Counted from the stretch's first letter, positions 1-10,319 are shown. The stretch: 64,000 nt of DNA from Paenalcaligenes sp. (GCA_052103955.1 JBQELO010000009.1:24364-88363); one strand, 5' to 3'. Notes: a model not told the origin generated them from the sequence alone. Numbers and translations are program-made.

Positions 1-972
1 CTGCTCATAATCGTGGGTGGTGCGGCTGCAGCCGGTGCGTGGTGGTGGGTGATGAAACGCCCTGTGGTGTTAAGTGCACCTACGGTGGACTACATTATTG
101 AGCAGGGTAATGGTCCTAGACAGATCGCTTTGACCATGCGAGAGGCAGGGATAGACATCAACCCCGATATTTTTGTGGCAGTTAGCCGTTTTAGTAAGCA
201 AGATAAGTTGCTGCAAGCGGGGGCGTATGAGGTGCATGAAGGCGATACCTTGTGGCGCATGATACAGCGCATGGCAAATGGCGACATGACACAAACGCGT
301 CTTACCTTTGTGGAAGGCTGGGCATACAAACGTTTACGCGACACGCTACGCGCCGATCCCAACGTCAAACAAACCTTGGGTGAGATAAGCGATGCCGAGT
401 TGCTAACCTTATTAGGTAGCGACAGCACGCATCCCGAAGGGCTGTTTTATCCTGATACCTATGTGTTTACACGTGGAACTAGCGATATTGATATTTTGCG
501 ACGTGCTTACCAAGCACAGCAAAGTTTGTTGCAAGAAATGTGGGATAACCGCGACCCTAATTTACCGTTAAAAACCCCGTATGAAGCATTGATCTTGGCC
601 TCTATAGTAGAAAAAGAAACAGGCCATGGTGCTGACCGTTTTAGAGTGGCAGGGGTGTTTATTAATAGGTTAAAAGTAGGTATGTTGTTGCAGACCGACC
701 CTACGGTTATTTATGGCATGGGTGACAAGTACGACGGCAAGATCCGTAAGCGAGATCTGCAAACCGACACACCTTGGAACACCTATACACGTAGTGGCCT
801 GCCCCCAACCCCTATTGCGAATGCAGGGAAAGCGTCACTAGAGGCAGTACTACACCCAGAACAACATAATTTTTACTATTTTGTATCGCGTGGGGATGGA
901 ACCAGTGAGTTCTCCCGCAACTTGGCTGAACACAACCGAGCCGTATCAAAATACATATTGCGCAGGAACTAA
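1..972 (+). CDS. mltG: endolytic murein transglycosylase MltG (YceG-like); 5' end outside window
   Basis: The frame is open to position 1 ([17 protein letters not shown] looks like the N-terminal TM helix). YceG-type motifs are present: [37 protein letters not shown]. Confidence 0.85.
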   Translation: MLIIVGGAAAAGAWWWVMKRPVVLSAPTVDYIIEQGNGPRQIALTMREAGIDINPDIFVAVSRFSKQDKLLQAGAYEVHEGDTLWRMIQRMANGDMTQTRLTFVEGWAYKRLRDTLRADPNVKQTLGEISDAELLTLLGSDSTHPEGLFYPDTYVFTRGTSDIDILRRAYQAQQSLLQEMWDNRDPNLPLKTPYEALILASIVEKETGHGADRFRVAGVFINRLKVGMLLQTDPTVIYGMGDKYDGKIRKRDLQTDTPWNTYTRSGLPPTPIANAGKASLEAVLHPEQHNFYYFVSRGDGTSEFSRNLAEHNRAVSKYILRRN

Positions 973-973
973 C

Positions 974-1606
974 ATGCAAAAAGGTCTGTTTTTAACGGTA
1001 GAAGGTGTAGATGGTGCTGGTAAAAGCAGTCACATTGAGTGGTTGCAAAAAGCAATAGAACAATTGGGCCACGAGGTGGTGATTACGCGTGAACCCGGAG
1101 GTACGGTATTGGGGGAGCGATTGCGTGAATTGCTGTTGCATGAGCCTATGCACCTGAAAACCGAAGCTCTGCTCATGTTTGCTGCGCGTAATGAGCATTT
1201 AGAACAAGTGATTCTGCCCGCGTTGTCAGCCGGTAAGTGGGTATTGTGCGATAGATTTAGCGATGCTTCTTATGCTTACCAAGGTGGTGGCCGCCAATTG
1301 GGTGGAGCCGCCATAGAGCAGCTAGAAAGCTGGGTACACCCCACTGTGCAACCTACCAGAACCTGGTTGTTTGATTTGCCGCTAGAAGTTGCTCGAGAGC
1401 GCTTAGAACGTACTCGCGATTTAGATAGGTTTGAGCAAGAGCAGGGGGACTTCTTTGAGCGTACCCGCGCGGCCTACCTACACCGAGCCAAGGCGGACCC
1501 ACAACGTTTTTGTGTGATTGATAGTAGCCAAACCATTGCGCAAATTCGTCTAGAGCTTGAGGCCGACCTTCTACGACTGCATCAGGCATTTAGGGAAACG
1601 GTATGA
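974..1606 (+). CDS. tmk: thymidylate kinase
   Basis: P-loop [11 protein letters not shown] and a CDRF motif. The ATG lies 1 nt after the mltG stop. The upstream part of the tracked ORF (881-973) overlaps mltG and is ignored. Confidence 0.9.
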   Translation: MQKGLFLTVEGVDGAGKSSHIEWLQKAIEQLGHEVVITREPGGTVLGERLRELLLHEPMHLKTEALLMFAARNEHLEQVILPALSAGKWVLCDRFSDASYAYQGGGRQLGGAAIEQLESWVHPTVQPTRTWLFDLPLEVARERLERTRDLDRFEQEQGDFFERTRAAYLHRAKADPQRFCVIDSSQTIAQIRLELEADLLRLHQAFRETV

Positions 1607-2622
1607 GTTTGCCCATAACGGCTTTTTACCCATGGCAGGAAGAGCGTGCTAGCGAATGGTTAAGTCAACGTGAGCGCTTTGCACATGCGTGGCTATTGCA
1701 TGGCGTGCCAGGCATAGGGAAAACGCAATTTGCTAGAGCAGCGGCCGCATCGCTGCTGTGCACCCAACCCATACAATCGCGCGCTTGTGGTGCCTGTGAT
1801 GCGTGTTTATGGTGCCAGCATGGTAATCACCCCGATTTACGGTTGATACGCCCTGAAGTGGTTGCGCAGCAAGAAGATGGCACGGCTTCTGAAAGTAAGC
1901 AAACACCGTCTAAAGAAATACGGGTGGAGCAATTACGTCAATTGCATTCATGGTTCAATACAGCCACTCACCGTGGCGGTTACCGCGTGGCGGTGTTGTA
2001 CCCGGCAGAAAGTCTGAACCAAATCTCGGCGAATGCGTTACTGAAGGTCTTAGAAGAGCCCCCCGCATCCACCATTTTTATTCTGGTGGCTGATGCGCCA
2101 GATAGGTTGTTGCCTACGATTGTGTCGCGATGCAGGCGCTTGGTGTTGCCTAAGCCCGATAAGCAGGTAGCGCTAGACTGGCTGGGCAGCCAAGTAGTGG
2201 GTGATGCGCAAGAGTGGTTAGCTGCTGCCGGTGGTGGCCCTGTGGCCGCGTTAGCGTTGTCGCAGCAACAGCGTGCGCCATACCCCGACTGGTTGGGTAC
2301 GCTATGGCAGTCGGTGTCTGCTCGCAATGCTGAAGCGAGTTTGGCCGTGATGGATGATTTAGAAAAGCTAGGAGCAGCCCATTGGATACCCATGCTGCAA
2401 CGTAGTTGTTTAGATATACAGCTGGTGCAACATGCGCAACCCGTTTGCTACTATCCGGGTTTACAAGCCGTGTACGAGCAACTGGCCGTTAGAGCGCAGC
2501 CCTTGGTGCTGGCACAGTTGTTAAAATGGCTAAACGAGCAGTCGCGCTGGGCCCAGCATCCCTTGAATGCAAAGTTGTTTGTGCAGCACCTGCTAGACCG
2601 TCTCACACACTGTTTTAATTGA
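1603..2622 (+). CDS. holB: DNA polymerase III delta-prime subunit
   Basis: [11 protein letters not shown] Walker-like motif, Cys cluster [13 protein letters not shown] motif (IVSRCRRL), and a 4-nt ATGA overlap with tmk. Confidence 0.85.
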   Translation: MSLPITAFYPWQEERASEWLSQRERFAHAWLLHGVPGIGKTQFARAAAASLLCTQPIQSRACGACDACLWCQHGNHPDLRLIRPEVVAQQEDGTASESKQTPSKEIRVEQLRQLHSWFNTATHRGGYRVAVLYPAESLNQISANALLKVLEEPPASTIFILVADAPDRLLPTIVSRCRRLVLPKPDKQVALDWLGSQVVGDAQEWLAAAGGGPVAALALSQQQRAPYPDWLGTLWQSVSARNAEASLAVMDDLEKLGAAHWIPMLQRSCLDIQLVQHAQPVCYYPGLQAVYEQLAVRAQPLVLAQLLKWLNEQSRWAQHPLNAKLFVQHLLDRLTHCFN

Positions 2623-2632
2623 TGTCATTACC

Positions 2633-3412
2633 ATGTTTATAGATTCACATTGCCACTTGGATTTTCCTGATCTCTCTGTCAACCTAGAGAGCATTTTGGC
2701 GCGCATGAAGCAAAATCAGGTTGGTCAAGCCTTGGTGGTCAGCGTAACGTTAGACGATTGGCCCCGACTCATGGCATTGGTGGAACAATATCCGCACTTG
2801 CAAGCGTCAGTAGGCGTACACCCAGGCTACGATAATATTGTGCAGCCTTCTGTCGCTGATCTGTGTGAGCGAGCCGCGCATCCTAAAGTGATCGCGATTG
2901 GTGAAACAGGGCTGGATTATTACTACCAGTCTGAACCGTTGGATTGGCAGCGTGAGCGCTTCCGTATTCATATTCGTGCAGCACGTGAAAGCGGTTTGCC
3001 ACTGATTATTCATACTCGTAATGCGTCAGCAGACACCATTCGTATCATGCAGGAAGAGGGTGCTGATCAAGTGGGTGGTGTAATGCATTGCTTTACCGAG
3101 TCATGGGAAATGGCGCAAGCCGCCATGGAAATGGGCTTTTATATTTCCATTTCCGGTATTGTGACCTTCAAGAGCGCTAAAGATATTCAAGAGGTAGCGG
3201 CTAAAGTACCGTTGGATAGACTGCTGATCGAAACAGACTCCCCTTATTTGGCCCCTGTGCCATACCGTGGGAAGCAGAATGATCCGTCGCTGGTGGTGCA
3301 TGTAGCCGAAAAACTGGCCGAGTTGCGTCAGTGCAGTAGTGCAGAGATAGCAGAAGCAACGCGTGAAAATTTTTATGCTTTGTTTAAGAAAGCGCCTAGG
3401 GTGCAGGCCTAA
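2633..3412 (+). CDS. TatD-family metal-dependent hydrolase (YcfH-type)
   Basis: N-terminal FIDSHCHLDF, plus GETGLDYY, IIHTR, HCF and ETDSPYL motifs. It follows holB in the conserved position. Confidence 0.9.
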   Translation: MFIDSHCHLDFPDLSVNLESILARMKQNQVGQALVVSVTLDDWPRLMALVEQYPHLQASVGVHPGYDNIVQPSVADLCERAAHPKVIAIGETGLDYYYQSEPLDWQRERFRIHIRAARESGLPLIIHTRNASADTIRIMQEEGADQVGGVMHCFTESWEMAQAAMEMGFYISISGIVTFKSAKDIQEVAAKVPLDRLLIETDSPYLAPVPYRGKQNDPSLVVHVAEKLAELRQCSSAEIAEATRENFYALFKKAPRVQA

Positions 3413-3428
3413 ATAAAAGGAACTAAGG

Positions 3429-4214
3429 ATGAAGAAATCGTTGTGGTCCACATTGCTGGCTGGTATGGCATTAAGCTCCGCTCTCGTCTCACCTGTGTGG
3501 GCAGGTGAAGGTTGGTGGAATGATGTGGTTAACAACCGTAATAGCGATGTGTTGCAAGAGCTGGCTACGGGGGCGGATCCAAACCAAAAAACAGAGCAAG
3601 GCCAACCTACGATTATGCTGGCCATCCAGAATAAGTCTTGGAATGTGTATGACGTGCTAAGTGCTCACCGTGCGATTGATGTGAACATTACGAATGCGTA
3701 CGATGAAACGCCTTTGATGTACTTGGCGCTATTAGGCGAGACTAAACGCGCTGAAGACCTTATTAAACGCGGTGCGAAGGTGAACCGACTTGGGTGGACA
3801 CCACTGCATTATGCCGCCTCTACCGGGCAAATGGATACGGCCAGAATGCTGTTGGCAGCAGGCGCAATGCCTAACGCGCCTTCGTCTGACGGTACCAGTC
3901 CCTTGATGATGGCGGCACGCTCTGGCAACCGAGATATGGTGAATGTGTTGATAGAGGCTGGTGCTGATCCCAAAGCGGTTAATTTGCAGCAATTGAGTGC
4001 GGCTGATTGGGCACGTGAAAATGGCCATGCTGCTTTAGCCAGTTATTTAGAGCAGGGTGCTAATGCCGCTGCAGCGAGTACAGCAGGTCAAGCAGGTCAA
4101 GCGGCTGGGGCTAGCAGTGCCACTACAACAGCACCGGCATCGTCTGCCGCGCAAAGTAGCAGTGGTGGCAGCAGTAATAGCCAGTACTTCGACTTAGGGC
4201 GGTTTGACGAGTAA
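3429..4214 (+). CDS. exported ankyrin-repeat protein with Ala/Ser/Gly-rich tail
   Basis: Signal peptide MKKSLWSTLLAGMALSSALVSPVWA. Ankyrin repeats include TPLMYLALLGETKRAEDLIKRGAKVN, WTPLHYAASTGQMDTARMLLAAGAMPN and SPLMMAARSGNRDMVNVLIEAGADP. Confidence 0.8.
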   Translation: MKKSLWSTLLAGMALSSALVSPVWAGEGWWNDVVNNRNSDVLQELATGADPNQKTEQGQPTIMLAIQNKSWNVYDVLSAHRAIDVNITNAYDETPLMYLALLGETKRAEDLIKRGAKVNRLGWTPLHYAASTGQMDTARMLLAAGAMPNAPSSDGTSPLMMAARSGNRDMVNVLIEAGADPKAVNLQQLSAADWARENGHAALASYLEQGANAAAASTAGQAGQAAGASSATTTAPASSAAQSSSGGSSNSQYFDLGRFDE

Positions 4215-4269
4215 TGCTAGATGGTGCTGTATAGAGCATAAGCGCTACCAGCATACGTAGGCAGATATG

Positions 4270-4306
4270 AAGCCGCTTGGGGCCCTCAAGCGGCTTTGGT
4301 TTTTGG
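4270..4306 (+). terminator. rho-independent terminator after the ankyrin gene
   Basis: Stem AAGCCGCTTG (4270-4279) pairs with CAAGCGGCTT (4287-4296). The loop is 7 nt and is followed by TGGTTTTTGG. Confidence 0.65.
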
Positions 4307-4376
4307 GTTAAGCAGTAGATGGTCTAGCGTGGAGTGGTGTAGTGCCGCGTTAGGGTGATTGATCGTCAGGTGATAC

Positions 4377-5675
4377 ATGGATTGGAACGCACTTAAAGCG
4401 TGTTTGTTTGATGCGGCTAAAGCACAGTTAGAGGCTGTGTTGTCGTCTGGGGTTACACCGTTGTATGCGGCGGCTTTTTTTGCGAGCTACCGTGAACAAG
4501 AAAGCGTCATTGGTATGCCATCATTCGCAGTGAACAGTCTGGCGGCCTTAGATGAAGATCACCCCAAACGTAACGCCAGTGATGAGTGTTTCTATGGTGT
4601 GAAATGGAACCCAGTAGACTGGCACTGGACATGGGATGTAGATGAGTACGGTGGTGAGCAGCTAGCGGCCTATGAAACAGAAGTAGAAGGCTACGCCAAT
4701 CGTGGCAGCGTAGCGATGTGGGACAGTGCTGAAAAACGTTTTATGACGGTAGTAGCACAGGCGGCAGCCGACCTACGTAAGCATTTTGCAAAAGACCCCC
4801 GCGTTGCTAAAGATTTCGTGGTGTTTTTCCATGATGAGTACGGTGGCGATGAGCTGGCCAGTAAAAGCATACCTAAACGCTTATTCCTGCAGCTTTTTCC
4901 TGAGCTAGATGCTACCGAGCAAGAGCGCAGGCGTATTGCCACATTACCTCTAGCAGAACAGGCGCTTTGCTATACGCAGCGTCTTAATTATTACGAGGGT
5001 ATCAGTTGCGAAGAGGCTGAACGATGGCTGATTGCATGCGGTGCACCGGCTATACCTGCGCTGCTGGGGGCGTTAGAGCAGCGGCAGATGACCTGGAAAG
5101 CTGCCATGATTCTGGGGTTAATTGGTGAGCCTGAGCCCAAGGTCATCGCGGCATTACGTCATGTGCTAATGAGCGCCAAAGACGTCAGTGCAGTCAGTTG
5201 GAGTGCATCGGCGTTAGGGTATTTAGGCGATGTGGAGTGGCTGTTGGTGTTAGCTGAATCGCCTAAATTTACCGAGTATGCGGTAGATGGTTGTTGCGCT
5301 GCTTTGCGGGCATTTAGAAACCGTGGTGCGAAGCCCGTGAAATTAGATTATGCGCCAGTAGAACGTTTGCTGGCAGCCTACCCCCATTGTCGCAGCGAAG
5401 CAGAAGAAACCCTAAAGCCAGGTTCTAGCTATTGCCATATTGGTGAGGCAGATGTACCCGAGGCGGTAAGAGGGCTGGCTTCTGCTCACGCGGTGGTGCG
5501 TCGTCATGCCGTCTGTGTGCTAGATAATAGAGCAGTAGGTGAAGCCATAGGCCTATCAGTTGTAGAGCCTATTCGAGATACGTTGACGCGAATGGCAAAG
5601 AGCGACGAAGATGAAAGCGTGCGGTACTTAGCAGGGTTAACGCTGTCTTCCATGAAAAAATGGCGTCTGCGGTAA
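4377..5675 (+). CDS. hypothetical protein; N-terminal DUF4303-like region and C-terminal HEAT-like repeats (assignment from memory)
   Basis: 432-aa ORF with good coding periodicity. The C-terminal half has repeated helical units (PALLGALE, VIAALRHVL, AVVRRHAVCVLD, ESVRYLAGLTL) typical of PBS-lyase HEAT repeats. No catalytic motif was seen. Confidence 0.6.
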   Translation: MDWNALKACLFDAAKAQLEAVLSSGVTPLYAAAFFASYREQESVIGMPSFAVNSLAALDEDHPKRNASDECFYGVKWNPVDWHWTWDVDEYGGEQLAAYETEVEGYANRGSVAMWDSAEKRFMTVVAQAAADLRKHFAKDPRVAKDFVVFFHDEYGGDELASKSIPKRLFLQLFPELDATEQERRRIATLPLAEQALCYTQRLNYYEGISCEEAERWLIACGAPAIPALLGALEQRQMTWKAAMILGLIGEPEPKVIAALRHVLMSAKDVSAVSWSASALGYLGDVEWLLVLAESPKFTEYAVDGCCAALRAFRNRGAKPVKLDYAPVERLLAAYPHCRSEAEETLKPGSSYCHIGEADVPEAVRGLASAHAVVRRHAVCVLDNRAVGEAIGLSVVEPIRDTLTRMAKSDEDESVRYLAGLTLSSMKKWRLR

Positions 5676-5698
5676 TAATGAGCGTGGTGGATGCCTAA

Positions 5699-6982
5699 TT
5701 AGGCTTCTACATGCTCGACAATAGTGGGTAGGGGGCTGTGTGGCGCAGTAAAAGACTGGCCGGAAAGTACAACCTGATTACGCCCATCCGCTTTACCGGT
5801 ATAGAGGGCAGCATCCGCATAACGTAGCGCATCTTCTAATTCGTGCGCGCTATAGAAAGCTAATGACACACCGATGGTGACGGTGCAACGCAGTGGTTGA
5901 TCCATGTTGGTAACAGCAATGCTTTGGCTAGCTATGGTAGAGCGTAAACGTTCAGCCAGTTGCATCACGCCACTGGCATTCGCATCAGTGCAGATGGCTA
6001 CAAACTCTTCCCCTCCTATACGCCCAGTGAGATCGTGCTGCCGCATGGTAGTGCGTAATACCTCTGCCACATGCCGTATGACGTCGTCACCTGCATGATG
6101 GCCATACGTATCATTGATAAGCTTAAAGTGGTCTATGTCCATCAACAATACGTAGGTAGGACTGGCGTTTCTGGTTGAGAAATAACGCTGCACGGCTTCT
6201 AGCAAGCCCCTACGATTTAATAAGCTTGTCATGGGGTCACGTGCGGCCATATTGCGCAAGTCATCGGTTAGCCGTCGTAATACCAGCCAGACAATAGAGG
6301 GCGGCACAATAGTCGCTAAGGTGGACATATAAATATAGAACACCATCTGGAAGTTGCTATCCATGTGCAGCGCATCCAGGCCGCCATCAATAATTTTTAG
6401 AAACTTCAGCGCATTGAGTACACAGATTCCTGTGATCAATATCGCGAAAAAGATCATTTCACCATAGAGGTCTTTGGCAAAAGTGCGCACACCATAGACT
6501 ACCGTGAGGGCCATGATGAAAAAAAGTAGGGCAGCCATGGCCGCCAACATCGCATAACGGGCCGTGGCACCCATATACCATTGCACCAGAGCTTGCAGTA
6601 GTCCGTAAGCGAGGCAAAAGATTAACAGCGGACGCCACAAGCTAACTTGTTGCCCAAAAAAGCGCATTGCGCCTAGCCAGTAAGCAAGAGGTGCGGCAAG
6701 GGTAAGGTTGTGGTTGATGACACTCATCACGCTCCATGCGGGACCACCTTCTACTAGCTGCAAAATATAAGCCGATGCCAGCAAGAGATTACCTACGGCG
6801 AAGTAATCCATACCCATTCTGTTGCCAGGTAGGCGTCTACTAATTAGCAGGAACATGACTGAGAAGCACAACAGGTGCGCACAGAGCATGGCAACAAGAA
6901 TGGAGGCAACCATAGGGTATAAAGAAGAGGAAAGGCAGTAGGCTCTTTTTACATTTTTTATGGGAGCGTACTGGTATGGCAC
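5699..6982 (-). CDS. membrane-anchored diguanylate cyclase (GGDEF)
   Basis: About 230-aa multi-TM N-terminus followed by a GGDEF domain (DPMTSLLNRRG, DIDHFKLINDTYGH, RIGGEEF). The start is uncertain; an alternative Met lies at 6913. Confidence 0.85.
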   Translation of the reverse strand: MPYQYAPIKNVKRAYCLSSSLYPMVASILVAMLCAHLLCFSVMFLLISRRLPGNRMGMDYFAVGNLLLASAYILQLVEGGPAWSVMSVINHNLTLAAPLAYWLGAMRFFGQQVSLWRPLLIFCLAYGLLQALVQWYMGATARYAMLAAMAALLFFIMALTVVYGVRTFAKDLYGEMIFFAILITGICVLNALKFLKIIDGGLDALHMDSNFQMVFYIYMSTLATIVPPSIVWLVLRRLTDDLRNMAARDPMTSLLNRRGLLEAVQRYFSTRNASPTYVLLMDIDHFKLINDTYGHHAGDDVIRHVAEVLRTTMRQHDLTGRIGGEEFVAICTDANASGVMQLAERLRSTIASQSIAVTNMDQPLRCTVTIGVSLAFYSAHELEDALRYADAALYTGKADGRNQVVLSGQSFTAPHSPLPTIVEHVEA

Positions 6983-7124
6983 CGTCTACGAGTAATTTCT
7001 ATTGGCCACGTAGGACATTATAGAGATCTATTCTAATTTGGTTACGTTTAGAGGTATGGTGTTTCTTAGTGAAATATTGATCTTACGCAACGAAGCGGCT
7101 TAATTTGTAGGGAATTTACCAGAG

Positions 7125-7177
7125 CATATAGCCACTATGTCTGTATCAATGTGGTTAGTGGCTGTAGTGGCTATATG
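7125..7177. repeat. 13-bp perfect inverted repeat (CATATAGCCACTA / TAGTGGCTATATG), 27-nt loop
   Basis: Arms at 7125-7137 and 7165-7177. A third partial copy, TAGTGGCT, sits in the loop (7156-7163). It lies between the lipoprotein gene stop and the GGDEF gene start. Confidence 0.7.
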
Positions 7178-7196
7178 TGGTGTTGGTAATGAGCGC

Positions 7197-7976
7197 TTAC
7201 TCGGGTAAGTAGGCGGGTTGAAGAATACCGCGTAAAGCAGAGTAGGGGATTAGTAGTTCGGGTTGGCCAGATGAGTAGGGAGCAATGGCGTAAGCGTCGT
7301 ACTTCACGACTATACCTTTATCGGTAATACCAGCATTGTCACTAGGTTGAAAAGGCCATAAGCGTCGGTAGCGTTCTGGGTTTTCAATCGCATCTTCTTG
7401 GGTAGTGAGCCATTGTGCGTGAGCTTGCTTTAAGGCGCTAATAAAAGCATCTTTTGCCCCGCGTTGTAGCATTTGATCTAACGTGATGGTGGCTTTGCGC
7501 TGGTTGTCCCAATTAATAAATTGGGTTGCAGACATGCCATGTGCTGCCCCTGTGAAGTACTGCCAAGAACCTAGTTCAAGTGTTGTGATGTCTTTGTTAC
7601 GGTAGCGTGTCTTAGCCGCTAATAAAACTTCATCGCGTGGGCCAGCAGTTTTCCAGTAGTAGTCGGTAAAGTCTTCAATAGAGGCGTGTACAGGGCCGTC
7701 TCCCATACCTGTCATGGTTGCCAAAGCGGTGTCTACAAGTTCTGTTAGGGCGCGGTTACCTGGGAATACTAGGCTGTCTACGCTTAAGGTAGCGCATTGG
7801 CCTTTGCAGTCAGGTTGTTTTTTGGACCATTTAACGGGTTGACTAAATACGCCGTCAGCGCTGGTGACCTCATCCGTAAATGACGGTATACGGCTTTGCT
7901 GGTCGGTGCTGGCACAACCCGCGAGGGCGGCGCTAAGTAGCAGAACGCTGAACAGGGATGTAGAGGAAAGTCTCAT
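7197..7976 (-). CDS. lipoprotein, DUF3298/PdaC-like (assignment from memory)
   Basis: Lipobox LSAALAGCAS and a C-terminal YFTGAAHGMS motif of the DUF3298 type. Confidence 0.7.
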   Translation of the reverse strand: MRLSSTSLFSVLLLSAALAGCASTDQQSRIPSFTDEVTSADGVFSQPVKWSKKQPDCKGQCATLSVDSLVFPGNRALTELVDTALATMTGMGDGPVHASIEDFTDYYWKTAGPRDEVLLAAKTRYRNKDITTLELGSWQYFTGAAHGMSATQFINWDNQRKATITLDQMLQRGAKDAFISALKQAHAQWLTTQEDAIENPERYRRLWPFQPSDNAGITDKGIVVKYDAYAIAPYSSGQPELLIPYSALRGILQPAYLPE

Positions 7977-8024
7977 GCAGGGTATCCGTTAGGTATGGGG
8001 GCGTGCAGTGATGGCTACGCAGAA

Positions 8025-8669
8025 TTAGGCAGGTTTGCTGGGATTAACGCGATCCGCAATCGCTAAGGCTCGTTTTGTTGCGGGACGTTGGCTTATACGC
8101 TCGAACCATGCCTTAAGATGAGGGAAATCATTTAGGTCTTGTTGTTGTTGAGCGTGATAGATCACCCAAGGGTAACAAGCCATATCAGCAATAGAGTACT
8201 CATCTACAATAAACTCACGGCCTTCAAGGCGGGTGTTTAGCACATTGTAGAGTCGAGCTGTTTCACGCACGTATCGGTCCATCGCGTATTCCAACTTAAC
8301 GGGGGCGTAGACGTTGAAGTGGTGATTTTGGCCAGCCATCGGGCCTAGGCCACCCATTTGCCAAAATAACCATTCCATCACTTGGGTACGTTTGCGCAAA
8401 TCGCTAAGCATGAATTGGCCTGTTTTTTCTGCTAAATACTGCAAAATAGCACCGGACTCAAACACTGAAATGGCCTCGCCACCATCGCTAGGATGCTGAT
8501 CCACGATGGCAGGAATACGGTTGTTTGGAGCGATTTTTAGGAAGTCAGGTTCGAATTGATCGCCTTTACCTATATTGATGGGCTTGATTTGATACTCTAG
8601 GCCGCACTCTTCTAAGAAAAGGGTGATTTTATGGCCATTGGGGGTAGTCCAATAATACAGATCAATCAT
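8025..8669 (-). CDS. yfcG: glutathione S-transferase-family disulfide reductase YfcG-like
   Basis: Close match along its length to remembered E. coli YfcG: MIDLYYWTTPNGHKITLFLEE, APNNRIPAIVD, FESGAILQYLAEKTG, LFWQMGGLGPM.GQNHHF. Confidence 0.85.
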   Translation of the reverse strand: MIDLYYWTTPNGHKITLFLEECGLEYQIKPINIGKGDQFEPDFLKIAPNNRIPAIVDQHPSDGGEAISVFESGAILQYLAEKTGQFMLSDLRKRTQVMEWLFWQMGGLGPMAGQNHHFNVYAPVKLEYAMDRYVRETARLYNVLNTRLEGREFIVDEYSIADMACYPWVIYHAQQQQDLNDFPHLKAWFERISQRPATKRALAIADRVNPSKPA

Positions 8670-8757
8670 TATGTACCTTCAAAAAAAGATGCAGGGGTCA
8701 GGGGTGGGGGATTTGGCTACAATGGGTAATCCATAGACCACTACACATAACCAGAAC

Positions 8758-9096
8758 ATGAGCACAATTTACCATAACCCGCGTTGCGGTACGTCGCGTA
8801 ACACGCTGGCTAGACTAGAGGAAGCCGGGCATACGGTCGAGGTCATCGAATACTTAAAAAACCCTTTGGATAAAGAAGGGTTACGTAAGCTGATTGCGGA
8901 TGCTAATTTATCGATAAAAGAGGCTGTGCGCAGTAAGGAAAGCCTGTTTACAGAGTTGGGGCTTGAGTCAGCGAGCGACGAACAGCTGCTGGATGCAATG
9001 GCGGCCCATCCTATTTTGATGAACAGACCTTTTGTGATCACGGAAAAAGGGACACGACTGTGCCGCCCTAAAGAGGTAGTAGAAGAAATTTTATAA
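8758..9096 (+). CDS. arsC: arsenate reductase, glutaredoxin-coupled ArsC family
   Basis: IYHNPRCGTSRNTL active-site region and an LMNRPFV...LCRP C-terminal motif. Length is 112 aa. Confidence 0.8.
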   Translation: MSTIYHNPRCGTSRNTLARLEEAGHTVEVIEYLKNPLDKEGLRKLIADANLSIKEAVRSKESLFTELGLESASDEQLLDAMAAHPILMNRPFVITEKGTRLCRPKEVVEEIL

Positions 9097-9113
9097 AGCA
9101 TGCTTCCTAGCTA

Positions 9114-9144
9114 TAAAAAATGGGCCTCACAGGGCCCATTTTTT
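9114..9144. terminator. bidirectional rho-independent terminator between arsC and yceI
   Basis: AAAAAAATGGGCC-loop-GGCCCATTTTTT, with an A-run on one side and a T-run on the other, between convergent genes. Confidence 0.75.
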
Positions 9145-9161
9145 ATGTGGAGTGCGTAGGC

Positions 9162-9743
9162 TTACTTAGCCAGAGCTTCCAAAGCAATACCGATGGTGAC
9201 TTCGTCGCCCACGCCGGGTGCAAATTTACCAGCGTTAAAGTCAGAGCGTTTGATCACGACTTCAGCGTCAGCACCAATGGTGTCTTTTTTCATCATTGGG
9301 TGCTCTTTGCGCACGAAACGCGTGATATTCAGTGTGACAGGTTTGGTGACACCTTTGATGGTCAAATCACCGTCAACAGATACGGGTTTGTCACCGTCAA
9401 AGTTGATTTTGGTGGATTTGAATGTAGCAGTAGGAAAGTTCGCTGTATCCAAGAAATCAGCGCCTTGGATGTGCTGGTTAAAGCCATCGTGACCAGTGCT
9501 GATGCTACGGGTGTCGATTTCTATATCTACTTGGCCATCTTTAGCTTCTTGATCCAGTACAACGGTACCGCTGGTTTTATCAAAACGGTTTAGCTGTGTG
9601 CTGAAGCCCATGTGGTCGTAGGAAATACGAGAAAAAGTATGGGAATCATCAATGCCAAATGTGACAGGAGCAGCCATTGCTGCGCTGCTTAGCAGTGCAG
9701 CCAGAGTGGTTAGGGCGGTAGTACGCAGTGTTTTTTTCAACAT
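9162..9743 (-). CDS. yceI: YceI-family periplasmic polyisoprenoid-binding protein
   Basis: Signal peptide ending AMAAP and YceI-type motifs (FKSTKI, GDLTIKGVTKPVTL). Confidence 0.85.
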   Translation of the reverse strand: MLKKTLRTTALTTLAALLSSAAMAAPVTFGIDDSHTFSRISYDHMGFSTQLNRFDKTSGTVVLDQEAKDGQVDIEIDTRSISTGHDGFNQHIQGADFLDTANFPTATFKSTKINFDGDKPVSVDGDLTIKGVTKPVTLNITRFVRKEHPMMKKDTIGADAEVVIKRSDFNAGKFAPGVGDEVTIGIALEALAK

Positions 9744-9763
9744 GAAATGAGCTCCTAAAGAGA

Positions 9764-10315
9764 TTACTGTGCTGCCACAATAGAAAAGTTAACGTTGACA
9801 TCGTTTGCAACGATATCAAAGGTAGACCAGGCGCCTTCGCCTACAGTAAAGTCGCCACGCTGTACGACAAAATTACCTTCAAACGTACCTGTAGCACCTT
9901 TTTCTACAAAGGTGGCAGGGAAACTAATGGGTTTGCTTACGCCTTTAATCGTAAGCGTGCCATCAACCTGATAGCCGTCACCGTCTACACGAATGGCGGT
10001 ACTTTCAAAACTGGCTGCAGGGTGCGCGCTAGTGTTGAACCATTCAGCATTAGCAACTTCGTCATTACCTTCTGCACTACCCGTATCTATATCGGCTAGC
10101 GGTACAGACAATGTGACTTTAGCGGCTTCGGCATTAGCAGGGTCAAACGACAAAGTGCCATCAAATTTTGTAAATTCACCGTCCAAACTGACACCCATTT
10201 GTTCGTAGGTGAAGCCGATTTTGCTGTCTGCTGGTACGAATTTATCGAAGGTGGCAGCGTGGGCCCATAATGGGGTCAGAGCCAACAAGCAGGCACCAAG
10301 CATTTTTTTATTCAT
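9764..10315 (-). CDS. YceI-family protein (paralogue)
   Basis: Start trimmed to MNKKMLGACLLALTPLWAHA (signal peptide). Contains GTLTIKGVSKPISF. It lies 4 nt downstream of the cytochrome b561 stop. Confidence 0.8.
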   Translation of the reverse strand: MNKKMLGACLLALTPLWAHAATFDKFVPADSKIGFTYEQMGVSLDGEFTKFDGTLSFDPANAEAAKVTLSVPLADIDTGSAEGNDEVANAEWFNTSAHPAASFESTAIRVDGDGYQVDGTLTIKGVSKPISFPATFVEKGATGTFEGNFVVQRGDFTVGEGAWSTFDIVANDVNVNFSIVAAQ

Positions 10316-10319
10316 GGCT

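Noticed and set aside
3101-3625. 174-aa minus-strand ORF spanning the tatD/ankyrin junction
   Set aside because: It overlaps two confidently called plus-strand genes and crosses their intergenic RBS.
9120-9593. 157-aa plus-strand ORF (and 9193-9492)
   Set aside because: It is antisense to the YceI-family gene, which has a signal peptide and family motifs.
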